64,000 bases of DNA, taken from Negaprion brevirostris (lineage: Eukaryota). The DNA is taken from the NCBI GenBank assembly GCA_030324005.1, contig JARDVH010000163.1, positions 39,928,364 to 39,992,363 on the forward strand, in the 5' to 3' direction. Below the pieces are notes generated by a model. The model ran no database searches and was not told the origin of the DNA. It worked only from the letters and a program-made list of their open reading frames with translations. Made by a program: the position numbers and the translations under genes. Shown piece after piece: positions 56,201 to 64,000 of this stretch (its first letter is position 1; each line of letters opens with the position of its first letter).

Positions 56201-59200
56201 GAACATTAACTCTGTTTTTCTCTCCATCTCCAGCAGATACTATCTGACCTGCTGAGCATTTCCTGCACCTCCTGCTTTTATTTTAGGTTTCCAGCGTTTG
56301 CAGTGTTTTGGTCTTACTTCAGTTTAATCTTTAAGCATTAAGTACTTAGCAATAAATCTTCATCCTCTTCATTGTATTATAATTGTTCTCATTTGTACGT
56401 GTGTGTTATAATGATCCATGTGCTACAGATGAGAAGGTTATGTTGATCTAATTTCAAAGATGTAACTTAATTAGATTCATGTATCTTGACACTTCAGTTC
56501 ATATATTCTATCTGAATGGTAAAACTGGGTTATAGATTCAGTTTGTCCTTTCGGGGTATGATTTAACTCACCCAGACTGTCAGGAATGGGCTGGTCATGC
56601 ATTTCAAATGGCATCCAAACACTGCCACTTTCACTGGGCCCTTTGTTTAGAAAGCCTAGGAGTCACCTTGGAGCCACACTAAATACGTAAATCGGGCTCC
56701 TGTGTGATCATACCCCGTAGGCATATTAACGGCCAGTTGAGCAAGACAGCCAGCAGCAAAAGCTAGCTGACTCCAAAATCACTGCCAGGAAAGAAGCAGA
56801 GTGCCGAAAACATCAACTTTAAACTTGGGCTCAAGATGCGATAAGTCTGGGCCCTTGCAGCTCTAGGCTTTCTCCCTTTCCAAACATGAGACCTTGCCAA
56901 AACTTCAAATAGTTCGGCATCAAATTGATATCATCTGCAATGTTTGATGCTTCACTCTTCTACCTCATGGTTAACATTGCTCCCTTACAGTGCTAGGGAC
57001 CCAGGTTTGACTCCCATCTTGGTTCACTGTCTGTTTGGAGTCTGCACATTCTCCCCGTGTCTGTGTGGTTTCCTCCTACAGTCCAAATGATGTGCTGGTT
57101 AGGTGCATTGGCCATGCTAAATTCTCCCTCAGTGTACCCGAACAGGCACTGGAGTGTGGCAATTAGGGGACTTTCACAGTAACTTCGTTGCAGTATTAAT
57201 GTAAGCTTGCTTGTGACAACAACAAATAAACTTTACTTCCCCAAATCCAATTCCAGGTTAAAATTGACATCCTTTTCGGGCAAGATGACAAAAATCCTAT
57301 TTTTAACTGTGTGACAATTGGTGTTGTCAAGTTTTCATTTGAAGAACTATTAATCATCGGACATAAACATAACACTAATAATGTCTATGAAGGTCAATTT
57401 GAGTTGCTAACTAATTTCAAGTTGAAGAATTCCTTAGTTTTCTTCTACAATGATTTTGTGTATTAAAATTGTAAAAGTTTGGCATAACTTAACATTTACC
57501 TGACTCAAGATATATCTTGTGTGCTTTTGTTGCAGATGTTCAGTCACTTCATGAAAAAGAGGAAGCAGATTTATTGGGCTTTTGGACCTGTATCTTCCAC
57601 CTTGTATGATCTGACAGGAATTGATACCTGGGGTGACGAGCTCTCAGTCCTTGACATCTTATGCTCTAGCAAGAAAAAGGAGGTAAGTTACGTTGAAGTG
57701 TTAACTTTTATGTTAGGAATGGCAAAATACACAATAAGGCTAAAAAGATAGGATAGACATATATCATTGTGCAAATAAAGCAAGAGATAGTGTTAAGTGC
57801 ACTAGAAGGGAGGAGGGAAAATAAAGTCTGATGGACATTTATAAAAAGATATAGTAACTGGATGTTATGGTATAAGAGTAATGGTTGATAGTTTGAAAGC
57901 AAACACTGATACAACAGGTACCTATGTGGATTATAAGGATATGACCACGCAGAGAAATAATGAAGTAAACCAACAGATCACTCCAGGGAGTGGGAGACAC
58001 AGATTAAACAGGGAGTNNNNNNNNNNACACAGATCTCTCAAAGTTCTGTATTTGTACCAGGAATCTTGGAATAAAATATACGATCTGGCAGTCCATGCAA
58101 AAAAGGGAGACCCTCGGGACTGATTATCCCGCTACTTCAGGCCTAGGAACAGTCATTCCCTGAGCAGGAAGCAGAGGAAAAGGGGTCAAAAAACCCACCA
58201 TTGCAGAATAGTTGCCCTAGCAATGCTCCTGAATTTCAGAGCTTCATCTGAGGGTGTGCCGGGTTCTTTGATGAAAATAGTTGTAAGGCAAGAGTGATGT
58301 CTTCAGGCCTCTCACCTAATTTCCTTGGGGCTTCAGTTGGCAGGACTCAAAACCACGGATAGCTGCAAGCAATATTCCTTCTGAGCTGCCCTTTTACCTT
58401 GTGTGTGCTACAAAAAATGGACAGGCCTGTAGTTAAGGGAAGAGCCTGTGCAGTGCAAATAGGAATTTGGAGGGAATATTGCCTACAAGTAGCAGCCTTT
58501 CCTGATAATACCTACACCCCTTTCACTCAGATGATCTCAAAGGAACAGATAGCTGTGTCCTAATCAAGGATAAATCTCAATTCATTTTCAGGAACCTTAT
58601 AATAGGTTACTTAATATAATAAGTCAGGGTAATGCCTGAGATTTGGAAAGCAATGCCAATCTTTAAAAAAAGGCATGAGACCCATGATCAACTTTCCACC
58701 AAGGAGTTAAACCAATAAGGAGCCAATATATCGGAAGAGATCTGGATAATTTGGGAAAGTGAATTGACAAGTAGCAAAGGTATTCCATATGGGCAATTAC
58801 AAGACAAAGAAGACAAGGAGGAGAAATAAATAGGACCTAGAAATTCAGTTGTTAAATTAAATGGTTACTCACACATAACTTAGCAATGTGTCGCTTTCCA
58901 TATTGGATTGGCCTGCTAAGTCATTGTGCAAGAAAAAGCCTCAGTGTATTANNNNNNNNNNNNNNNNNNNNNNNNNNNNNNNNNNNNNNNNNNNNNNNNN
59001 NNNNNNNNNNNNNNNNNNNNNNNNNNNNNNNNNNNNNNNNNNNNNNNNNNNAAAATGAGCATCCTGTGTTTGTGCAGGACCCTTCTGTAAAATTAGTCTG
59101 ACTCATTACATGATAAACTTGTCCCGTAAACCATAGCACTGAGGCAGCAATGATCCTGCAGAATGAAGGTGAAGAGCTGAACTGCTCCATACCTGTAGCT

Positions 59201-62200
59201 GGTTGGAACTGTTGGGACTTTCTTTCTAGTCTTTGTTGCCTGCTTTCTATAAATGAATTCCAAATTCTAGGAAGAACTTTATGAAGATGCAGAACTGTTT
59301 TTGTCTTCGTAAAATAATTTATTTCAAGTCATATGTGGTCAGGTAGGGCTGCTTTTGATGGTTGGAGGATCAGGGGAAGCAGTGAGAAGGATCAGAGAGA
59401 GCTGCAAAAGCTGGCAGAAGGATGGCTCTGTGGGGATGGCTGTATCCACAATGAATCTTCAGGGAGAACTTCTCATATTTTAACTTGAAGACCAACATGT
59501 GAAACGCCTGTCCTTCAGCATTGAAGCTGTCACCAGCTGTGTCACTTGCTGCAACCAAAACTTTGATCTTAAAAGATAAGCATGATGTGATTGCTTTTGG
59601 CTTAACCTTTATCCAACAAGATGGAGTTGCTGACGTTAGTGAGATTGCTTAGTTTGCTGTGTACTGGCATATTAGGGAGGCACTAGAATGTCAGGAGTAA
59701 CACATTGTGCATTGGAATTATACTGAATGTGAAAGAGGACAAGGTATCATTGAATTTTGCCCATATTACGGGCTTGTCCATGGCTCAAGAAGCTATTGAC
59801 TGCACTGTTTCAATATTGTCATTACCATCTACAAATGCTACACTGCTTCACCCCATAGGGAGCTCTTTGATCACCTTCTATTCCTTTCCAAACTCCTCTC
59901 CTTGCATTTGGTGTTTCTTTTACTGCTGTGTGAAGCGCATTGGAATGTTGTTTTACACTCTAGGTCCTGTAGAGATGCAGGATGCTGCTGTATATTTCGA
60001 TATTTAAGATGTACAATACAAAACTACTGACGTATGACTTAATAAGCTTTGTAAAACTGCAAGTGCTAACACTTTTTTTTGTGTTGTTTATAGGCTCGGA
60101 AACTATTAAAGATTACACCAGTGAAAGAAGTGCTTCATCATAAGTGGACTAATTATGGCTTCAAGTATTTCTTGCTGTGGACTGCACTTTACTTTTTGTA
60201 CACAATCATTTTTACCGTTTGCTGTGTGTACCGCCCTCTTACACCAGCTGGTCCTGATGGGGACAACATCACCATCATGATTCCAAAACCATTGAACGTA
60301 AGGGCAAATATTAAGATTCATTACATACACAGCTCTGAATAAGTAACAATTGCTCAACTTTCACTATTCGTAACAGCCCACTGTCAGCATGGATAACACA
60401 GTTGTGATACCAATTGTAATAGACTGCATTATGGAAGTTGAATTAAATACCATGGGAGTGATTCTCCCAGCTTTGTGTGCTGCTCAAACAGTGGCGGGGG
60501 AGTGCCCCTGGGCAGTAGCAACTTGGTCCCCTTGCTGCCGGAGTGGGTGTGGCAGGGTCGGGGCTGCGGTGGGTGGTTAGAGGGGGTTTGGGACTGCCGA
60601 GAGTGCGGCGGTGGTCATTGAGATCAATATGGCTGGCTAGGGGCAGGGGGAAGGGAGGAGAGTGTTCATCAGGGCTTGCCTGGAGAGGTCCAGGAGGCCA
60701 GTGATGTGGGGTCACGGGGCTGGCCAGCGATAGAGCTGGCCATCAGTCAGGAGGCCAGCAATGGGGGGGTGGCTTGGTGGCAGTGCCCATGAGCCAATTT
60801 TGGCACTGACAAATCAACACATGCACAGTGGCCAGCTCAGCACTATGCTGCTGGCCTCTCCAGTGGGAATAGACACTGCACCCTGATGTTCACAGTGAAT
60901 CTCACTAGGGCACTCAGTAGTACTCAAGGGTGTAAGAGATTCATTTTGAAAATGACATTTTAAAAATTGGCAGGAGTTACTCCAGTTTTTGTGTGTCTGG
61001 GTACTTAGAATTTTTTGGGAGAATCGCCACTCTGCACCCCCAATCCAATAGAGAATGGTGATACCAAAGCAGATGAGCGTCCAGAATGTTAGGAGCTGGG
61101 CCCATTGCAGATCTCAAAATTTATGACAAGGCAATTCATTTCCCAAGGTTGTGCTTGTGACTGCTCTGTCTGGGACCACAGTTTTATTAAATAATTGCTG
61201 AGGTTCCTCATTAGTACAATAAAGGATTAAGAGCCTTCATTTATGTCTGAAGTCATAAATAACTTTAGTAAATGCTACTCATTCCAGGTTTCCAACTGCT
61301 GTTTGCAGCATCCATGTTTTTCCTTATAATTGCCCCTTGAATTTCTCCAGTGCTCATGCTGTAGAACTTGTGACGATCCAGTCAGAGTTTATACCAGCCA
61401 AGTGTTCCTTTCCACTCTGTTCTGCATAATATTTTCTCCTTTCTCATTTGATTGTCTCTCTGTATCTGGTGGTTGATTTTGACCATGCCATAGTTAAGAC
61501 AGATGGTAGTGAATTGACAGCTTGTTTTACAATTTTTCTGAGGTAGAAATCAGGAATGATTCACTATTGCCAATTTTATCCACTATCCTCTATCTATCCC
61601 TTTATTTCTTAGTGTTTCTTTGCTTTTCTCATTTGTTATATTTTCTTTCTTCCTGTTTTTCCCATTGCTTCTGACTTTCTTTACAACACGGTTAGTTCTA
61701 TCTTCATGCTCTATATTTTTATTGTTTCTGGAACTTGTTTTCCTCTCTTGTTTTATTGCACCTCATCTGTTCATCATATTGTGTATCCATTCATCTGTCT
61801 AAACTATGCCTACTGTGCTTCACTGCACTCAACTATAGTAAGTCCTCATTTTAAGTTGCTATGTTCCTGGAAACACTATTTTAAATGAAAAGACTTTATG
61901 CCAATCATGGGTTCCCATTGTTAAAACTTGGAGTTTGGTTCTGTCACCCGTTTCTCACTGGGAAAAATATATATACGAGTTGAAAAACTGTAGTGTTCTG
62001 TATAAATTCTAATTAGATAACACTCGCTAACCTCAAAATATTTTAAAGCATCCAATTTCATTGCTAAGATTATTTTGCTTTCTTAGCAGCAGCAGGGATG
62101 CTACCAGCCCTCACGGAGCATTTCTGTCTCATCTTTAAAAATATCACCCATAGTGGGCATTCCTGAAATTCCATAATTTAAATCAAATTTAAATCCAAAT

Positions 62201-64000
62201 TTTTGTTTGAAAGAACAGCTCTGGCTTGGATGCCTCTGGATTTTTAAAAATTGATGATGCCTTGAGTATATCCTCCTTAACAATGGTGCAATTGACCACA
62301 GCACCCGATGTTACATGAAAGGAGCCAATGTGCGATGTCACACAACACACAATGGCAACAAGCAGTGATAGCATAATACGACTATAATGCAGAAATCACA
62401 ACTTAAATTGAGGAAACCCAGCCTAAAACAAAAAACAACTTTAGGATGGAACAACGTGCAGTGGGTCAACTTAAAACAAGGGCTTGCTGTATTTTATTCT
62501 GCTTCAAGCTATTCCCTGGAATTCTGTTGCCATTGTATATCATTCTGATACCATTCCATCTGAAAGAGATGATGGTCAGGCAGCAAACAATCTATTTCAA
62601 ATAGAGTGTCTTCCTATGATGCACATTGGCTGATGCTCAAGAGGTAAGTGGCAGATTCTTTGAGTGGCAGATTCTACCAAGAGTGCCACACATGAAGCTA
62701 CCATGTGTCATTTTGAATTGTTACTCTTAGCATTGGCAAGACACTGTGGCCCCTGATCATTCTGGTGGTGCACACCAACCCATTAGAGGTATGCCATTTT
62801 CCTCTTTCATCAGGCAGCATTGTGGAGATAGAAACAGAGTTAAAGGGCGGGATCCTCTGCGGCCCCATTCCTCACTCTGCAGTGTGTTTCTTGGCAACAG
62901 GAGCTGGCTCACCATTGGCCGACAGTGGGACTTCCCATTGAATCCACCCCACAATGCGGGGAGACCGGGGTGGAGGGGGTGGGGTAAAGATCTTGCCCAA
63001 TGTTTCAGGCTTGGTGTGATGTGGATAATTAAAGAAGGAGCTCACTAGATTTTGACAGGTGTCTTTGCCACCTGCTCAGAATAACCCAAGGGAAGTAAAA
63101 TGTAAAAGAGCAAGTCTCTCAGCAGATTCAAAATGCTGAATCACCAATGCCTGACCTTTTTGTTCTCTGCTTCATTAGCACATTGCAGTGGACCTGCTGT
63201 TGGGGCATAATACTTCCTGTGATTTGCCCTACAACTTAAGAACTATTGTATATATTTCACTACAACAATCACAGCTGTTAAGCATGAAATTACATTGGCC
63301 TAACTTTTGGTCATCATTGTAATTAATCTTACACTTATAAACTCACTAACCTTTTCATCTGACCCCAATTATCTACTCACTGGTCTAACATCTACTGCAA
63401 ACTCTTTATTAATGTCCATGACAGACAAAAATTACTTCATTTCTCTCATGGTTAATGTCATTAATTGATTTGGAATTGTGGGGTGTGAGGTGAATTAAGA
63501 GTGATAAAGTGGAGCTTAATAGTTAGGAATTCACAGATTATTTTCAGCTACATGTGACCAACCTTTTTACTTGTTTATTTTTCTCCAAAATTATCAACGT
63601 TCAAGAACTTCACCCTCCTGCATCCACCCCCACCCCTCCCCTCTGTCCCAAAGATTTTGTTGGTGTTTGACTTGAGAATAGCAATTAGTTCAAGTGACGT
63701 GGGTTTTGTCACTTTTGATCTCGCAAGTATAGAATTTTGAAAATTTAAATTGTTAAATTTAATTATCATTACTCCAGCTTTTGGTGAATTGGTTAATCTT
63801 TTGATTAATTACTTCAGAATTTCCTTAAGGGACCTCTTAATCATGAACTAGAAGAAGTGACAATGGAATAAACACAACTTCTCCTTTGAATATTGTTATG
63901 CTAAATAACCTGTGAAGAAGTAAGAGCACTTGGCGTTTATAGATTATCATTGTGATTGTGGACTCATTATTCCAGGAAGCCTATGCTACGGCTGAAGATT
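14188..64000 (+). CDS. TRPV5/6-clade (ECaC-like) calcium channel gene, 5' half; join(14188-14282,21027-21121,32123-32245,38199-38339,42438-42536,50740-50912,57536-57682,60094-60297,63976->64000)
   Basis: All introns are GT-AG with compatible phases. The eight full exons total 1077 nt (359 codons, no stop). The translation contains TRPV5/6 motifs [93 protein letters not shown] and CCVYRPL. Symbol left blank because TRPV5/6 versus a paralog cannot be resolved by eye. Confidence 0.95.
14776..15045 (-). mobile_element. SINE family B (tRNA head, V-like core, cagtaacttcattgcagtgttaatgtaagcc tail)
   Basis: Reverse complement matches the + copies at 55690-55965 and 56967-57236. Confidence 0.9.
15046..15168 (+). 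mobile_element. SINE head/core fragment fused head-to-head with the previous SINE
   Basis: tgcctcacagcgcctgggacccg...gtggagtttgcatgttctccctgtgtctgc. Confidence 0.85.
15761..16211. mobile_element. GGGC-terminal MITE interrupted by a minus-strand CR1 3' fragment (about 15819-16060)
   Basis: Left end GGGCGAGATTCTC, right end GAGAATTCCAGCC; CR1 peptide [19 protein letters not shown]; GTTTG on both sides of the insert; related uninterrupted copy at 62844-62998. Confidence 0.75.
16650..17215 (-). mobile_element. L2-like LINE 3' fragment
   Basis: Tail-like aacaattatttgtatttatgtaacacc and body shared with 1-125. Confidence 0.6.
19582..19790. repeat. Penelope-type inverted terminal repeat (hairpin)
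   Basis: ACCAAAAGAGAAAATGCTGGAAAAT at 19582 pairs, with one mismatch, with ATTTTCCAGTATTTTCTCTTTTGGT ending 19756; related copy at 56105-56315. Confidence 0.75.
20245..20615 (+). mobile_element. CR1 LINE 3' end
   Basis: RGNLIET...[19 protein letters not shown]...FFTQ motif; ends cctcctgctcctatcttctatgtttctatg. Confidence 0.9.
21027..21121 (+). CDS. TRPV exon: (R)[31 protein letters not shown](G), ankyrin repeat 1
   Basis: ttgcag| acceptor, G|gtgagt donor, 95 nt; homologous to IWESPLLLAAKDNDVQAL...HQRG of TRPV6. Confidence 0.93.
22398..26200 (+). mobile_element. Heavily eroded, near full-length Ty3/gypsy internal region (gag, RT, integrase) in intron 2
   Basis: PBS-like tagtatcagaa at about 22400; gag [17 protein letters not shown] at about 22823; [12 protein letters not shown] at about 23879 (consensus KLDANSGFWQI); integrase EILGRVHA*H at about 25087 and MERAMQT at about 25524. 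Confidence 0.65.
24330..24600 (-). mobile_element. CR1 ORF1 N-terminal zinc-finger fragment nested in the gypsy relic
   Basis: [14 protein letters not shown] (CxxCxxWE motif) in ORF 24316..24624; same motif CTSCIMWE at about 47690-47712 minus. Confidence 0.6.
26480..27196 (+). mobile_element. CR1 LINE 3' portion
   Basis: DLGVLVH...[16 protein letters not shown]...[11 protein letters not shown]...ESRTRGHS; 3' tail gctcctagcttctatgt. Confidence 0.92.
29050..29200 (-). mobile_element. SINE family B 3' half
   Basis: tttatttattagtg...aagttactgtgaaaatcccctagtc...tttagcatggccaatgcacctaac. Confidence 0.85.
30248..30539 (+). mobile_element. HE1-type SINE family A with a 7-bp TSD
   Basis: A/B-box head gggtggcacggtggcacagtggttagcactgc; TGAGGTG at 30241-30247 and 30540-30546. 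Confidence 0.9.
30776..31162 (+). mobile_element. SINE family B (spans an N gap)
   Basis: ggttagcactgctgcctcacagcacc head; tail gtaacttcattgcagtg...aataaactttaactttac. Confidence 0.85.
32123..32245 (+). CDS. TRPV exon: (G)[40 protein letters not shown](G), ankyrin repeat 2
   Basis: ttatag| acceptor, G|gtaagt donor, 123 nt, GETxLHxAALY motif. Confidence 0.96.
32840..35935 (+). mobile_element. Ty3/gypsy retrotransposon (5' LTR end, PBS, gag, PR, RT, RH, integrase start), 3'-truncated, in intron 3
   Basis: AATAAA at 32856, LTR end ACA then TGGCAATGAG PBS-like; gag [15 protein letters not shown]; protease VDTG.SATVIG at about 33920; [20 protein letters not shown] and [11 protein letters not shown]; [10 protein letters not shown] and NADALS; integrase [15 protein letters not shown]...C..CQ and IHIDY. 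Confidence 0.92.
36454..36740 (-). mobile_element. HE1-type SINE family A
   Basis: Tail agaatcatagaatccctacag; head ...ggcagcagtgctaaccactgt. Confidence 0.88.
37316..37612 (+). mobile_element. HE1-type SINE family A
   Basis: gggttcaattcc B box, tccaaagatgtgcaggttagg core, gcactgtagggattc tail. Confidence 0.88.
38199..38339 (+). CDS. TRPV exon: (G)[46 protein letters not shown](G), ankyrin repeat 3
   Basis: cttcag| acceptor, G|gtacgg donor, 141 nt, [11 protein letters not shown] motif as in TRPV6. Confidence 0.96.
39870..40940 (-). mobile_element. CR1 LINE fragments interrupted by a family C SINE (40478-40830, minus)
   Basis: Reverse CR1 3' motifs (tctcccttta-accttctctg, gtacctcagccatgcc); the SINE matches 53484-53846. 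Confidence 0.7.
42438..42536 (+). CDS. TRPV exon: (G)[32 protein letters not shown](G), ankyrin repeat 4
   Basis: tgtcag| acceptor, G|gtagga donor, 99 nt, LSFAAC...AQD motif; visible in ORF 42356..42694. Confidence 0.96.
43245..43552 (-). mobile_element. CR1 LINE 3' end
   Basis: [23 protein letters not shown] in ORF 43356..43931; terminal ggagctggagttggccatttggccc. Confidence 0.85.
43850..45825 (+). mobile_element. CR1 LINE ORF2 relic with an N gap
   Basis: [64 protein letters not shown]. Confidence 0.88.
46220..46835 (-). mobile_element. LINE 3' fragment (same family as 128-2015) nested in a + strand CR1 piece (46050-46935)
   Basis: ORF 46455..46673: [41 protein letters not shown]. Confidence 0.85.
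46945..47745 (-). mobile_element. CR1 fragments (ORF2 and ORF1 zinc finger)
   Basis: [21 protein letters not shown] in ORF 46794..47057; CTSCIMWE motif near 47700. Confidence 0.65.
48440..48994 (-). repeat. Cluster of about three short GGGC/GGGT-terminal hairpin elements
   Basis: Inverted pairs at 48509-48548, 48830-48878 (perfect GGGTGGGATTTT/AAAATCCCACCC) and about 48947-48994; opposite-orientation relatives at about 7950-8065 and 53178-53270. Confidence 0.65.
50240..50560 (-). mobile_element. RTE-clade LINE fragment
   Basis: WAG....[27 protein letters not shown] (ORF 50237..50419), a typical RTE C-terminal motif. Confidence 0.8.
50740..50912 (+). CDS. TRPV exon: (G)[57 protein letters not shown], ankyrin repeats 5-6
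   Basis: ttacag| acceptor, |gtaaga donor, 173 nt, GNTVxHxLVLxPNK and NxxGLTPxKL motifs. Confidence 0.96.
51510..51790 (-). mobile_element. CR1 LINE 3' end
   Basis: agaaacaggagcag...ctcgagcctgttctaccattcaatcagatcatg motif. Confidence 0.8.
52510..53025 (+). mobile_element. CR1 LINE 3' end
   Basis: [16 protein letters not shown]; tail ggtgggccgaagggcctgttcctgtgctgcactgttc. Confidence 0.9.
53484..53846 (-). mobile_element. SINE family C, near full length
   Basis: Reverse complement has a tRNA-like head (tggcctaatggt...gttcgaatcc) and tail gatgggcaataaatgctagcccagccagtgatgccc. Confidence 0.85.
54416..54720 (+). mobile_element. HE1-type SINE family A
   Basis: ggttagcactgttgcctctcagcgccagggacc head; gggcctgggtgggattg...gatgggccaaatggcctc tail. 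Confidence 0.9.
55690..55965 (+). mobile_element. SINE family B
   Basis: ggtggcacaatggttagcactgctgcc head; gtgttaatgtaagcctacttgtgacactaa tail. Confidence 0.9.
56105..56315. repeat. Penelope-type terminal hairpin with a degenerate hammerhead core
   Basis: agagttaacatttcaggt pairs with acctggaacattaactct; minus strand reads CTGATGGAGAGTCATCAACCTGAAATGTTAAC. Confidence 0.6.
56967..57236 (+). mobile_element. SINE family B
   Basis: Same head, core and tail as 55690-55965; ends aataaactttac. Confidence 0.9.
57536..57682 (+). CDS. TRPV exon: [49 protein letters not shown], linker/HLH
   Basis: ttgcag| acceptor, GAG|gtaagt donor, 147 nt, WxxGPxxSxLYDLTxID motif. Confidence 0.97.
60094..60297 (+). 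CDS. TRPV exon: [68 protein letters not shown], pre-S1, S1 and S1-S2 loop
   Basis: ttatag| acceptor, |gtaagg donor, 204 nt, TPVKE...KW motif, hydrophobic S1, CCxYRPL. Confidence 0.97.
60454..61030. mobile_element. GC-rich MITE with terminal inverted repeats (PIF/Harbinger-like, inference)
   Basis: Left end GAGTGATTCTCCCA, right end TGGGAGAATCGCCAC (10-bp perfect core GATTCTCCCA). Confidence 0.7.
61836..62489 (-). mobile_element. Tigger/pogo-like (Tc1-mariner superfamily) internally deleted DNA transposon
   Basis: TIRs TAGTAAGTCCTCATTTTAAGTTG and (reverse complement) CAGCAAGCCCTTGTTTTAAGTTG, both flanked by TA; minus ORF 62101..62304 has [15 protein letters not shown], resembling a CENP-B-type HTH. 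Confidence 0.75.
62844..62998. mobile_element. Short GGGC...GCCC MITE
   Basis: Left end GGGCGGGATCCT, right end AAGATCTTGCCC; internal sequence similar to 15761-16211. Confidence 0.7.
63976..64000 (+). CDS. Start of next TRPV exon (EAYATAED...), cut by the window end
   Basis: ttccag| acceptor in phase 0; EAY matches EAYxTxxD preceding S2 in TRPV5/6. Confidence 0.85.

Noticed and set aside
61620-61802. Very hydrophobic 60-aa ORF resembling a transmembrane segment
   Set aside because: T-rich low-complexity intron sequence; exon 60094-60297 joins 63976 in frame without it.
62785-62820. CTGATGA...GAAA on the minus strand as another hammerhead
   Set aside because: Only AAGAG lies between the boxes, so no stem II can form.

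Overview
Vertebrate genomic DNA with many N gaps. The repeat content (HE1-type tRNA/V-domain SINEs, CR1 LINEs, Penelope-type termini) points to an elasmobranch, probably a shark (inference). The only host gene I can support is a + strand TRPV5/6-clade cation channel. Eight complete coding exons (14188-60297) and the start of a ninth (63976-64000) splice at GT-AG junctions into one open frame of about 367 codons, covering the ankyrin repeats, linker/HLH, pre-S1, S1 and the S1-S2 loop. The pore and C-terminus lie beyond the window. The protein is clearly diverged from mammalian TRPV5/6 and may be a non-canonical paralog. Most of the rest is transposon-derived: three Ty3/gypsy relics (one probably with Gmr1-type domain order), CR1, L2-like and RTE LINE fragments, three SINE families, MITEs and a Tigger-like element. 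The most notable small feature is a 118-bp insertion with a 12-bp target-site duplication that carries a nearly intact minimal hammerhead ribozyme (715-757, minus strand). No CRISPR, rRNA, true tRNA gene or prokaryotic system is visible. Repeat boundaries are approximate and were read by eye.
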